Positions 38,847 through 48,593 are shown, numbered from the stretch's first letter. The stretch is 64,000 nucleotides of DNA from Terracidiphilus sp. (GCA_050014575.1 JBEKDB010000013.1:32-64031); one strand, 5' to 3'. The notes: generated from the letters alone by a model not told the origin. Program-made: numbers and translations.

Positions 38847-39824
38847 ATGAGATTGAAAGCGGCGATCGTTTTGGCGGTTTTGGGAGTTTGCGGTGGAGTT
38901 TATGCGCGGGCGCAGGGCGCGCCGGCCGAGCTGCCGGGCAAAGGGCTGGCTCAGCACGACTTTGTGTATTCCGGCGAGTCGCACGACCGGTATATCTACA
39001 TCGTGCGCGGCGGCAAGATTGTGTGGAGCTACACGGACCCGGCGGGCAAGGGCGAGATCAGCGACGCCGTGATGCTGTCCAACGGGAACATTCTCTTCGC
39101 GCACCAGTTCGGCGTGACCGAGATTACGTCGGAGAAGAAGGTGATTTGGAACTACGACGCTCCAGCGGGCCACGAGGTGCACACCGCGGTGCCCATCGGC
39201 AAGGACCGCGTGCTGTATATCCAGAACGGCGATCCGGCGCTGCTGCGGGTGGTGAACATCGTGACCGGCGCGACGGAGAAGGAGCTTGTGCTCAAGACCA
39301 AGCAGCCGCCCAGCACCCACGGGCAGTTCCGCCACGCGCGGCTGACCGCGCAGGGCACGCTGCTGGTGGCGCACATGGACCTGGGCAAGGTGGTGGAGTA
39401 CGACTCGAACGGCAACGAGCTATGGTCGTTTCCGGGCAACGGCGTCTGGGGAGTGGAGCAGCTGAAGAACGGCAATGTGCTGATTACCGACCGCGAGGGC
39501 GTGCGCGAGGTTACGCGGCGCGGCGATGCGGTATGGAGCTGGAGCCCGGCCGATGCGCCCGGCTACAAGTTTGCCAACCTGCAACAGGCGTGGCGGCTGC
39601 CGAATGGGAACACGGTCATCAATAGCTGGATGAACGAATGGAATGTTGCGCCCAAGGATATGGTGGGGACGCTTCAGGCCGTCGAGGTCACTCCGGCGAA
39701 GCAGGTGGTGTGGGCGCTGGCATCGTGGACGGAGCCCGCAAAGCTGGGACCGGCGACGACGATCCAGTTCCTGGACGATGGCGCGGCGCCGGCCGAGGAT
39801 GTGCACTTCGGCGAGATCAAATAG
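38847..39824 (+). CDS. Exported beta-propeller protein (PQQ-like / arylsulfotransferase-like repeats)
   Basis: Signal peptide MRLKAAIVLAVLGVCGGVYA; repeated xLxNGNxLI and EvxxxGkvvWsy motifs. Confidence 0.7.
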   Translation: MRLKAAIVLAVLGVCGGVYARAQGAPAELPGKGLAQHDFVYSGESHDRYIYIVRGGKIVWSYTDPAGKGEISDAVMLSNGNILFAHQFGVTEITSEKKVIWNYDAPAGHEVHTAVPIGKDRVLYIQNGDPALLRVVNIVTGATEKELVLKTKQPPSTHGQFRHARLTAQGTLLVAHMDLGKVVEYDSNGNELWSFPGNGVWGVEQLKNGNVLITDREGVREVTRRGDAVWSWSPADAPGYKFANLQQAWRLPNGNTVINSWMNEWNVAPKDMVGTLQAVEVTPAKQVVWALASWTEPAKLGPATTIQFLDDGAAPAEDVHFGEIK

Positions 39825-40006
39825 CGGGCGAGCGCAGCCGCTCGGCGACGGCGGCGACGATTCTCTCGTGGACTTCTTCGATGGAAAGGTCGCCTTCAAT
39901 GAGCACGACGCGAGCCGGTTCGCGGGCGGCGATCTCGCGGTATTTTTCCCAGACGCGGCGGTAGAAGGCGTCCGTCTCGGTCTCGAAGCGGCCTTCGTCG
40001 AGGCCC
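39817..40006 (-). pseudogene. Orphan duplicated 3' end of tmk; 39836-40006 is a direct repeat of 40995-41165
   Basis: 171 bp with 5 substitutions; encodes GLDEGRFETETDAFYRRVWEKY...VAERLRSPAI*. Confidence 0.9.
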
Positions 40007-40087
40007 TTGCCGGGCGACTCCGGATCTAGTAGAGTGGCAGCCATCCGCCGGGAGTTGTTGACCGGCTTCATACGATGGGAGGAAGCA

Positions 40088-40957
40088 ATGGCAATACAAA
40101 TCAAGAGGATGTATTTGGACTTCATTGCCCGCGACTACGCGACCAACCATCCCCGACTTGAGATCCTCTCAGGAGGTCGCAAGCCTCTTGGCGGAGGAGC
40201 CCCAGCGGGTTACCTTGCCTGGGTGAAAGGCAAGGAGTTCACTCTTCGTTGCTACTTGAGCCTGCAAGGGGAAGATGGCCCGATGGGCGTCTGCAAAACG
40301 GAATCGCCGGAAGGGGTTCCATCCAATTGCGCGGAGCAAACGGTATATCGATACGACTGGGCATTTGGAGTCACGCTCATCGAGGGATTCCACTGGAACT
40401 GGAGAGACGAATTCCCCAAAAATGGAGCTTTGGCCATTCACCTGATTCTGCAGCCCATTCCTTTCGACGATGGATTGGAAGCGATTCCGGTTGCGGCGGT
40501 ACTCAGCGCGCTGCACCCTTCAAAAAACACCCGGAGCCTGATGGAGCAGGTGATGCCGGCACTCCTGAAAGGCTCTGCGGATATAGCCCAGGCCGGCTCT
40601 CATGCTCTCCCGCCCCTCGACTATCTGTCCAGAACGTTGACGCTTGGCTCCAACGTTCTCGATTCCGTCTCGGGCAACCAGAAGAACTGGTTCCTCTATC
40701 AGTTTCTGGATGGAGACCTGAAATGTCCAGTGGTGGAATGGAGGATAAACAAGGAGGTTCTGATCGAATATGGGCCCCTGATCCGCGGCTCGCTCTTTCT
40801 CGCCTTCCAAAAGCCGATGCAGCCGAATGACGGCAAATTGCGCATCCAGTTACGACCCCAGCTCCACTACTGTGAAAGCGACGAATTGTGCTACATCATT
40901 CCGACGAATGAGTTAGAACCGGGGAACCCGGTGTTTATCGATGTCTGTCCCGCATAG
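40088..40957 (+). CDS. Hypothetical protein (289 aa), sole cargo between the tmk direct repeats
   Basis: RBS GGAGG then ATG 40088; no motif recognised; less GC-biased codon usage than its flanks (by eye). Confidence 0.8.
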   Translation: MAIQIKRMYLDFIARDYATNHPRLEILSGGRKPLGGGAPAGYLAWVKGKEFTLRCYLSLQGEDGPMGVCKTESPEGVPSNCAEQTVYRYDWAFGVTLIEGFHWNWRDEFPKNGALAIHLILQPIPFDDGLEAIPVAAVLSALHPSKNTRSLMEQVMPALLKGSADIAQAGSHALPPLDYLSRTLTLGSNVLDSVSGNQKNWFLYQFLDGDLKCPVVEWRINKEVLIEYGPLIRGSLFLAFQKPMQPNDGKLRIQLRPQLHYCESDELCYIIPTNELEPGNPVFIDVCPA

Positions 40958-40969
40958 CGCAGGTTCCTT

Positions 40970-41647
40970 TCAGGCCTCTTGGCGGGAATCCGTGAGCCGC
41001 TCGGCGACGGCGGCGACGATTCTCTCGTGGACTTCTTCGATGGAAAGATCGCCTTCAATGAGCACGACGCGAGCGGGTTCGCGGGCTGCGATCTCGCGGT
41101 ATTTTTCCCAGACGCGGCGGTAAAAGGCGTCCGTCTCGGACTCGAAGCGGCCTTCGTCGAGGCCCGATTGCTGGGCTGTGCGGTGGTTGCGGCGGCGGGC
41201 ACGGGCCAGCGAGGATTCGAGGCTGGGCAGCAGCAGCAGGGTCAGGTCGGGCTGGAGGTTGGCGCAGACCAGGCGGTGGAGTTCGAGCACCGGCGCGGAG
41301 CCGAGCTGACGGCCGCCGCCCTGGTAGGCTTCTGTCGAATCCGTGAAGCGGTCGCAGAGGACAATCTTGCCCGCGTCGAGAGCCGGCAGGATGACTTGGG
41401 CGATGGTCTGGGCGCGGTCGGCGAACATGAGGGCCATCTCGGCCATGGGAGCCAGACCGGCGGAGCGCGAATCGAGCAGCAGGGCGCGGATGCGGTCTCC
41501 GATGGCGGTGCCGCCGGGCTGGCGGGTGACGATCACGCCGCGGCTTGCAACCTTGCGCTTCTTCAGCCAAACGGCCAGGCGCTCGATTTGGGTGGTCTTG
41601 CCGGAACCGTCGAGACCTTCGAGGGTGATGAGGAGACCGCGCGGCAT
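40970..41647 (-). CDS. tmk: Thymidylate kinase (dTMP kinase)
   Basis: LITLEGLDGSGKTTQ, RQPGGT, LMFADRAQ, CDRFTDST.AYQG, PDLTLLL. Confidence 0.95.
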   Translation of the reverse strand: MPRGLLITLEGLDGSGKTTQIERLAVWLKKRKVASRGVIVTRQPGGTAIGDRIRALLLDSRSAGLAPMAEMALMFADRAQTIAQVILPALDAGKIVLCDRFTDSTEAYQGGGRQLGSAPVLELHRLVCANLQPDLTLLLLPSLESSLARARRRNHRTAQQSGLDEGRFESETDAFYRRVWEKYREIAAREPARVVLIEGDLSIEEVHERIVAAVAERLTDSRQEA

Positions 41648-41765
41648 GGGCTGAGTTTACCACTCCAATAAAGTTGAAGACGAAGCCGCGGCGATTGTGT
41701 TACAAGGGGTTTAATCTCAAACGTCGCCGGAGGCAGGCCCGCCGCGGTGGACCGCTCCACTGGAG

Positions 41766-42881
41766 TTGAACTTGAATCTCCGCACACTTAGCAAACTGAC
41801 CGTTTTCGGCCTTGCTCTGGCCGCTCTGCCCTTCGCCAGCCGCCTGATGGCGCAGAACCTGACGCTGGAAGGCCAGACCGGCGGATTTCTGACCCCCACC
41901 GCCTACGTCGTCTACACGGAAAAGGGCCATACATTCTCCCACCCGGCCGTCGGGGTTCACTTCATCGATGCCGCCAAGGTCATCGGCGATATCGAGACCG
42001 TGAGCATCACGGAGGCCTTTTTCGGCCGAGCGGAGGCCGGCTACACGCGCAGCTTGCATCAGTTCGGCGACAGCGGCACGGGCACCACGGTGTTGGCCAA
42101 TGCAGTGTTGGGATCCACCTCGTCGGCCACCGCAGTGCCGGTCACACCGGATTTCAGCCAGCTTTGGAACGCGAACGGCATGAACGTCTTTCACGGCAAA
42201 GTGGTGGGGATCAAGGATGGGCAGTTCGGTCCGTGGACGCCGGGGGTGGCGGTCGGCGGCGTAGTGCGCACCGGCGACAAGTTTGTCACCGGCGAGGGGG
42301 GCGTGACCGCCGTCGAACTCTACGATCAGTACTGCCTTGAGACCAGTTTGTGCGCGCCGGTTGCAGTCCCGGCTGCCAAGTCTTACAACAATGGCGACAT
42401 CTACATAGCTGTCACCAAGACCTGGGCCAAGAAGCCGGTTCCCTTCCTGGCGAACTTCGGCTGGAAGGCCACCAATGCCACCATCTTCGGCATTGGCGGC
42501 CAGAGCACGCGGTTTGGCGGACGGCTCTTTGGCGGCCTGGGCATTCCGCTTCCCGTCGGCCATGGAATAGTGGCCGTGCCTTCGGCGGGCTTCACGCAGG
42601 AGCCGCCCACGTCCAAGGGCCTGGGCCCGAATCCCCCCAACGGCATCCCTCTGGTGGCCGGCAAGGCCGACCTGCCCACCACCATGGACTATGCGGTGCG
42701 CGTGACCCAGCGCGAGCATCCGCACTTCGCCTTCGATATCGGCGTCGGCCAGGTGGCGGGAAATATCGGATCGATCCCGTCGCCAACTTACCTGCCCTCA
42801 CCCTACCCGCCGGTCGTCTACATCCCCGTGAATCTCCAGGCGCGTCACGTTGTAGGCATGGGGCTCAGTTACCGCTATTGA
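41766..42881 (+). CDS. Exported, probable outer-membrane protein resembling DUF3034
   Basis: Signal peptide; LEGQTGGFLTPTA, PGVAVG, DIYIAVTKTW, KATNATIFG resemble DUF3034 from recall; ends in YRY. Confidence 0.55.
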   Translation: MNLNLRTLSKLTVFGLALAALPFASRLMAQNLTLEGQTGGFLTPTAYVVYTEKGHTFSHPAVGVHFIDAAKVIGDIETVSITEAFFGRAEAGYTRSLHQFGDSGTGTTVLANAVLGSTSSATAVPVTPDFSQLWNANGMNVFHGKVVGIKDGQFGPWTPGVAVGGVVRTGDKFVTGEGGVTAVELYDQYCLETSLCAPVAVPAAKSYNNGDIYIAVTKTWAKKPVPFLANFGWKATNATIFGIGGQSTRFGGRLFGGLGIPLPVGHGIVAVPSAGFTQEPPTSKGLGPNPPNGIPLVAGKADLPTTMDYAVRVTQREHPHFAFDIGVGQVAGNIGSIPSPTYLPSPYPPVVYIPVNLQARHVVGMGLSYRY

Positions 42882-43011
42882 GCAGAGAGGCTCCGCTTGC
42901 CGGGAAAATTCCTTGCCGCGCAACTTCCACTGTCCGGAGGGGTTGTTACCGGCGTAGAATGGGTGCGCATTTGTTCTTGGGCCCCGAATTCAATTTGCGT
43001 CATCGCAAACC

Positions 43012-43036
43012 TCCTCCGCGGCAAACCCGCGGAGGA
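43012..43036. terminator. GC-rich hairpin, probable terminator
   Basis: TCCTCCGCGG-CAAAC-CCGCGGAGGA downstream of the DUF3034-like gene; no clear U-tract. Confidence 0.45.
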
Positions 43037-43182
43037 TTGCTCTCGTGAAGAGATGCCGGAGGTAAATGGCCGGCGCCGGCGATGGCTGTGAAAGTGGAGT
43101 AACCTACCAAGCCCTGGCCCCGCACGACGCAAGTCGCTTGCCCTCATCGGACCAGGCACGAAAGGATCGAGAGGGTCTTCCC

Positions 43183-44946
43183 ATGAAAATGCTTCGCGCT
43201 TCGCGCTGGCTCCTGCTGGCGCTTCTTCTCTCTGTCATTCCCGCGTTTTCGCACGCACAATTGGTGGTCAGCGTGGGGATTGCTCCTCCACCGCTGCCTG
43301 TCTACGAGCAACCCCCTTGCCCGGAACCCGGCCTGATGTGGACGCCCGGCTACTGGGCTTACGACCAGGACAGCGGCTACTATTGGGTTCCCGGCACGTG
43401 GGTTCCCGCGCCCGCGCCCGGCCTGCTGTGGACGCCCGGCTACTGGGGCTGGTCCGGCGGGCGCTATTTCTTCCACGATGGCTACTGGGGTCCGCACGTG
43501 GGCTACTACGGCGGCGTGAACTACGGCTTCGGCTATGGGGGCATCGGATTTGCCGGCGGCGAGTGGCGCGGCGGAGTCTTTGCCTATAACACCGCGGTCA
43601 TGCATGTGGGCGTGGGCTTTCACTCGGTTTACGTGGACCGGGGAGTTGTGGAAAGAGGCTACGTCTCCAGGGACAGCCACGTAGGTTATAGCGGCGGTCC
43701 GGGCGGCATTCATCACGACCCGACACCGGGTGAGGGAGCCGCCAGCCACGAGCATCATCAAGGTCCCACCGGGGTGCAGACACAGCACCAGGGCGGCGCC
43801 AAGGCCGATCCCGGCTCATGGTCCTCGCACAATGGCGGCAAGCCGTCGAATCCGGGTGTGGGCAGGCCGATTCAGAGCGGATCGACTACGCGCACGACTT
43901 CTACCTCAACCTCAACATCAACCACGCACACCGTCTCCGGAGCGACCTCGACCACCAGCGGCGGAACTGGTACCCATGCCGGTGGCGGCACTACGCCAGG
44001 AGCCGGAGCTGGAACCGGTATGCACCCCGGTGGCGGCACGACGCCAGGTGCCGGTACCGGGACAGGCACGCACACGGGCACCGGGGCAACGCCGGGCACG
44101 GGCGCGAACTTGGGCGCCGGGACGCATCTGCAGGGGCCGAATCCGCCGAAGATCGGCGGTACGACGGGCGGAACAACCGGAGGCACGGGCACAAACCTGG
44201 GCGCCGGGACGCATCTGCAGGGGCCAAATCCGCCGAAGATCGGCGGTACGACGGGCGGAACAACCGGAGGCACAGGGACGAACCTGGGCACCGGGACGCA
44301 TCTGCAGGGGCCGAATCCGCCGAAGATCGGCGGCACGACGCCCACGACTGGCGGCGGAACGACCGGCGCGGGCGCGCACCTGGGCGGGACGACAACGCAT
44401 GGACCGACGACCGGCGGGGCCACCTACATGAACACCGGCGGGGGTGGGACGACAACGCACGGACCAACAACTGGCGGTGTTACCACGCATGGACCGACGA
44501 CTGGCGGGGCCACCATGCAGACGCACGGGCCGACGACCGGCGGAACCACCCGCATGAACACCGGCGGGGGTGGGACGACAACGCACGGACCGACGACTGG
44601 CGGTGTTACCACGCATGGACCGACAACTGGCGGGGCCACCATGCAGACACACGGGCCAACGACCGGCGGAACCACCCGCATGAACACCGGCGGGGGTGGG
44701 ACGACAACGCACGGACCGACGACTGGCGGTGCTACCACGCATGGACCAACCACAGGCGGGGCCACCATGCAGACGCACGGGCCAACGACCGGCGGGGCAA
44801 AGCCGATGGTGACATCGAGGACCGGCGGCGGAACCAGTGGTTCCGTTACGCACTCGACGCAGACATCGCACGCCACAGCCTCCACGTCGCACGCAACCTC
44901 TACATCGCACGCAGCATCCACAAGCGGGGCGCACAACCGCAAGTAG
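43183..44946 (+). CDS. Exported YXWGXW-repeat protein with long Gly/Thr/His-rich repetitive tail
   Basis: Signal peptide ...AFSHAQ; WTPGYWAY, YYWVPGTW, WTPGYWGW, HDGYWG repeats; low-complexity C-terminus. Confidence 0.88.
   Translation: MKMLRASRWLLLALLLSVIPAFSHAQLVVSVGIAPPPLPVYEQPPCPEPGLMWTPGYWAYDQDSGYYWVPGTWVPAPAPGLLWTPGYWGWSGGRYFFHDGYWGPHVGYYGGVNYGFGYGGIGFAGGEWRGGVFAYNTAVMHVGVGFHSVYVDRGVVERGYVSRDSHVGYSGGPGGIHHDPTPGEGAASHEHHQGPTGVQTQHQGGAKADPGSWSSHNGGKPSNPGVGRPIQSGSTTRTTSTSTSTSTTHTVSGATSTTSGGTGTHAGGGTTPGAGAGTGMHPGGGTTPGAGTGTGTHTGTGATPGTGANLGAGTHLQGPNPPKIGGTTGGTTGGTGTNLGAGTHLQGPNPPKIGGTTGGTTGGTGTNLGTGTHLQGPNPPKIGGTTPTTGGGTTGAGAHLGGTTTHGPTTGGATYMNTGGGGTTTHGPTTGGVTTHGPTTGGATMQTHGPTTGGTTRMNTGGGGTTTHGPTTGGVTTHGPTTGGATMQTHGPTTGGTTRMNTGGGGTTTHGPTTGGATTHGPTTGGATMQTHGPTTGGAKPMVTSRTGGGTSGSVTHSTQTSHATASTSHATSTSHAASTSGAHNRK
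44107..44795 (+). repeat. Intragenic tandem repeats: 87 nt (29 aa) x3, then 126 nt (42 aa) x3
   Basis: GACGCATCTGCAG at 44121/44208/44295; ATGAACACCGGCGGGGG at 44428/44554/44680. Confidence 0.9.
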
Positions 44947-44981
44947 CGCGGAATCTCGCTCCAAACCAACGAGGCCCACGG

Positions 44982-46862
44982 TCAGCCGTGGGTCTCGTCG
45001 CGTTGCGGGGCTTCCCGGTAGAGCCTGATACCGGCGATCTCGACCTCCAGGCCGCCGAATTCGGGGTGATCGTTTTCGCGAATGCGGTAGGCAAGGTCGA
45101 TCAGGCTTCCCTTGGCGAGGCCAATCTCGGCGGCGCGGGCAGCCAGATCCCAGCCGATGGCGCGGATGGCGCTGCTGGAGCCGGAGAGAACCGGTTCCTG
45201 GGCCAGTTCGAGGCGGGTGTGGCGTTCCTTCATGATGCGCGGCGCGGCGAGCAGGCGCGCCTTGCGAGCTACAAAGATGGGCTCGGGGTTGCCGTGGCCG
45301 AGGGGTTCGAGCTTGCGCAGCCAGCCAACCAGCACCGGCGTAATGCGGTCCAGCGGCAGTTCTGCGTGAATGCGGAGCAGGCGCTCGGGCTCGCGGGCGG
45401 GCAAATGGTCGTTGGCGTAGAGGCGCAGGCGGCGCTTCAGTTCCGGCAGCGCATCGGCGGGCAGGGCAAAGCCGACCGCGAAGGCGTGGCCGCCGAAGCG
45501 GGTGAAGAGATCGGCGCAGCTTTCGATGGCGTTGAGCAACTGAAAGTTGTCGACTGAGCGGCCGGAGCCGTGGGCAATTCGGCCGTCGGGGCCGTCCTCG
45601 ATGCTGACCACGATGGCCGGCTTTGCGGTGCGCTCGACCACGCGGGAGGCGAGAATGCCGATGACGCCGCGATGCCAGCCGTCGCCCTCGACGACCAGCA
45701 GGCGGTCGGCGGCGAGCTCCGCATCGGTCGCCAGGCGGGTTTCGATGGCGATGAGCGCGGCGGCCTCGATGTCGCGGCGCTCGCGGTTGAGGCGTTCGAG
45801 CTTGGCGGCCAGCTCGGCGGCTCGGGCCGGGTCGCGGGTCGAGAAGAGTTCGATGACCTCGGAGGCCACGTCCATGCGCCCGGCAGCGTTGATGCGCGGG
45901 GCCAGCCGGAAGGCGACGTCGAAGCCGGTGAGCTGCTTGGCGGCGGGGTCGAGGGCGGCGGCGGCAAAGAGGGCGCGCAGGCCGGCGCCGACAGGCTTGC
46001 GCAGCTCGCGCAGACCGAGGGCGGCGATGACGCGATTCTCGCCACTGAGGGGCACGGCGTCGGCGATGGTGGCGATGGCGGCCATCTTCAAGAAGCTCGG
46101 CAGGGTCTTCTCGCGGGTGCGGGCGGGGTCGCGGCGTTCGAGGACGGCCTGGGCCAACTTCATCGCGATAGCCGCGCCGCAGAGGGATTTCTCCGGGTAG
46201 GGGCAGCCGGGCTGGTTGGGATTGAGGACGGCCAGCGCGTGCGGAATCGCGTCGCCAGTCTCGGGCAGATGGTGGTCGGTGACGATGAGATCGAGGCCCA
46301 GCCGGCGGGCGGTCTCGGCTTCGGCGAAGGCCCTCATGCCGGTATCGACCGTGATCACCAGGCGGACTCCGTCGGCGTACGCGGCTTCAAGGACGCTGGA
46401 TTGCAATCCGTAGCCCTCGCGCAGGCGGTGGGGAACGTGAAAGCGCGCCGTGCCGCCGAGCATCTCGATGGCGGTCTTGAGCAGGACCACGGCGGTGGTG
46501 CCGTCCACGTCGTAGTCGCCGTAAAGCAGCACCGGCTCGCGAAGAGCGATGGCCCGCTCCAGCCGCTCGACGGCAGCGGTCATGCCCAGCATGAAGAAGG
46601 GATCGTGGAGGTGCGCCGGCTCGGGATTCAGGAAGGCAAAGGCTTCAGCGGGCTGGGTGACGCCGCGGGCGGCCAGCAGTTCGGCCAGCACCAGGGGCAG
46701 GCGGGCTGCCTTGGCCAGGGCCGCGGCTGCCTCGGGATGCGGCTCAGCTAGGGTCCACCTTTGGCGGGGCCGCTGGTGGATTCCCAGGCTGGGAGCCGGA
46801 CCGCCTGAGCCGGACTGGACCGGGGAGCCTGATGAGGGGCCTGCCGGGCTGGCTGGAGTCAC
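44982..46862 (-). CDS. recJ: Single-stranded-DNA-specific exonuclease RecJ
   Basis: YGDYDVDGTT, REGYGL, ITVDTG, VTDHH, TIADAVPL.GENR, PRINAAGR, GSGRS, FGGHAFAVG. Confidence 0.95.
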   Translation of the reverse strand: MTPASPAGPSSGSPVQSGSGGPAPSLGIHQRPRQRWTLAEPHPEAAAALAKAARLPLVLAELLAARGVTQPAEAFAFLNPEPAHLHDPFFMLGMTAAVERLERAIALREPVLLYGDYDVDGTTAVVLLKTAIEMLGGTARFHVPHRLREGYGLQSSVLEAAYADGVRLVITVDTGMRAFAEAETARRLGLDLIVTDHHLPETGDAIPHALAVLNPNQPGCPYPEKSLCGAAIAMKLAQAVLERRDPARTREKTLPSFLKMAAIATIADAVPLSGENRVIAALGLRELRKPVGAGLRALFAAAALDPAAKQLTGFDVAFRLAPRINAAGRMDVASEVIELFSTRDPARAAELAAKLERLNRERRDIEAAALIAIETRLATDAELAADRLLVVEGDGWHRGVIGILASRVVERTAKPAIVVSIEDGPDGRIAHGSGRSVDNFQLLNAIESCADLFTRFGGHAFAVGFALPADALPELKRRLRLYANDHLPAREPERLLRIHAELPLDRITPVLVGWLRKLEPLGHGNPEPIFVARKARLLAAPRIMKERHTRLELAQEPVLSGSSSAIRAIGWDLAARAAEIGLAKGSLIDLAYRIRENDHPEFGGLEVEIAGIRLYREAPQRDETHG

Positions 46863-46868
46863 GCGGGC

Positions 46869-47351
46869 TTACTCGTCCTCGTCGATCTCGGCGCTGTCGG
46901 CGTCGTCGATGACGATGTCGTGGAAGTCCTCGAGGTCTTCAAGCAGCGCCTGGTAGCGCTCATACCACTCGGTGGTGGTTTCATGCAGAAAGACAAGCCC
47001 CTGATAGACAAAGCCCAGTTGAATATAGCCGAGATTGCCGGCGTACTTGCGCAGCCATTCGGCCTCGGTCAGCTCGCTGCCCTCTTCGTCGGGAAAGTTC
47101 ATCTCGCCGGCTTCTTCGATGAGGGCGTCGAGTTCTTCGCGCTCCAGCGTCATCTCGCTGAAGGTGACAAAGGGAGCGCCGGCGCGCTTGGCCATCTCCA
47201 CAAAGTCTTTCCACGAGTCGGGGTTGTCCTCGCCCTCCCAAACGATGGAGGGTATGTCTTCGGTTACGTATCCGGGCAGGCGGTGGAGTCCATGGCCTTC
47301 AATGAAGGCCACCATGTCGTCTTTCAGAGGGAGGAGATTGTCAATGCTCAT
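46869..47351 (-). CDS. Acidic hypothetical protein
   Basis: Co-oriented immediately upstream of recJ; Asp/Glu-rich; no motif recognised. Confidence 0.75.
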   Translation of the reverse strand: MSIDNLLPLKDDMVAFIEGHGLHRLPGYVTEDIPSIVWEGEDNPDSWKDFVEMAKRAGAPFVTFSEMTLEREELDALIEEAGEMNFPDEEGSELTEAEWLRKYAGNLGYIQLGFVYQGLVFLHETTTEWYERYQALLEDLEDFHDIVIDDADSAEIDEDE

Positions 47352-47484
47352 AGTCAAGTACACATTCTCTCAGATGCGGGCGGGTGGGGGGCGGGGAATG
47401 TGGAAACTTCGCGGTTTGAGGGGGAGAAGACCGGGCGGCCCGGCGCTTTACTCTGGAATCATGCGCACCTGGAGGGCGCACCGC

Positions 47485-47835
47485 TTGCCCGCATTTGAGC
47501 GCCACGTATTTGTCTGCCACAACGCACGGCCCGCGGACGCGCCGCGGCCCTCCTGCACCGCCGACGGAAAGAGCGATCTGCACGCGCTGCTGCAGCAATT
47601 GACCAAAGCGGCGGGGCTGGGGACGAGGGTGCGGATCAACAAGTCCGGCTGCCTGGACCAGTGCGAGCACGGGCCGACGATGGTGGTCTATCCGGAGGCG
47701 GTGTGGTACGGGCACGTGCAACCGGCTGACGCAGAAGCGATCGTCGAGGAGCATCTGGTAGGCGGGCGGCCGGTGGAGCGGCTGCGCCTGGCCGAAGAAT
47801 GCCTGAATACGAAGAGCTGCCCGCACCGAAGCTGA
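47485..47835 (+). CDS. Thioredoxin-like (2Fe-2S) ferredoxin
   Basis: HVFVC...SC...SGCLDQCEHGP.MVVYPEAVWY; TTG start after GGAGG (alternative ATG 47461). Confidence 0.9.
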   Translation: MPAFERHVFVCHNARPADAPRPSCTADGKSDLHALLQQLTKAAGLGTRVRINKSGCLDQCEHGPTMVVYPEAVWYGHVQPADAEAIVEEHLVGGRPVERLRLAEECLNTKSCPHRS

Positions 47836-47888
47836 GTCTCGGGCCTGGCAGCGAGACGAAAAACTCGCGCAGTCAACGGATTCCGGCC

Positions 47889-48593
47889 TCACAGCTCATT
47901 CAGAATCAGGGCGATGCGGCCTGCGAGCAGGTCGCTGGGCGATTCGTTCGGATCGACCTCGATCAGGTCCACCGGAAACGCGATGTTGTGCGGGCGCAGG
48001 ACCAGCCGATTGGAGAGAAAATCCACATAGCGCAGGGTCAGGTGAGCGCCGTGGCGCACGGCGTAGAGGTTGGACCGGTTGGGGCGGTACGGCGTGAGCG
48101 AAGTGTAGTGGCGATCCAGCAGCGCGATGGCCTCCGGCTGCACCAGCGGCTCCATCGGCAAGGCGTCGGCGGCTGGAATCCGTACCGCGACAAACCGCTG
48201 CCAGGCGCGGCGGGGATTGGAAACGCGGGTGCGAACGGTCTCCAGAGCCCCGGCAGGCAAGTGCAGCATCGCCTGAACCGCGGAAGGACGGATGAAGGGC
48301 TCGAAGAGCGCCACCGCGTGCGACACAATGGGGACCGTGCTTCTTTCCTCGTCCGCCGGCAAAGCGAAAGCCTGGTGTGTGGCAGGCAGCAGGTCGGCTG
48401 CCGCCAGATGCTGGGCAGCCAGCACGCGATCCATGGCCTCCAGCGAAAGCTGGCGCCGGCTATGCAAAAAATTGGAGAGATGAGGCTGGCCCAAACCGGT
48501 TTGACGCGCCAGCAGGGAGACGCTTACCGTCCCCCGCTGAATCCTGCGCAGCAGTTCCAAGCGGAGGCGCTCGTGCATTTGGGTAAAGTTCAT
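47889..48593 (-). CDS. CI/LexA-like regulator: XRE HTH plus degenerate S24-like domain
   Basis: SVSLLARQTGLGQPHLSNFLHSRRQLSLEAMDRVL HTH; C-terminal FVAVRI...PMEPLVQPEAIALLD...YAVR...LTLRYV...LVLRPHN S24-like pattern. Confidence 0.75.
   Translation of the reverse strand: MNFTQMHERLRLELLRRIQRGTVSVSLLARQTGLGQPHLSNFLHSRRQLSLEAMDRVLAAQHLAAADLLPATHQAFALPADEERSTVPIVSHAVALFEPFIRPSAVQAMLHLPAGALETVRTRVSNPRRAWQRFVAVRIPAADALPMEPLVQPEAIALLDRHYTSLTPYRPNRSNLYAVRHGAHLTLRYVDFLSNRLVLRPHNIAFPVDLIEVDPNESPSDLLAGRIALILNEL

Noticed and set aside
43000-43040. GCAAACC-containing hairpin resembling part of a c-di-GMP-I riboswitch
   Set aside because: Lacks the GAAA tetraloop/receptor second stem; better explained as a simple terminator-like hairpin.
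43900-44800. Regular repeats considered as a CRISPR array
   Set aside because: Units are in-frame multiples of 3 within a CDS, with no unique spacers and no cas genes.
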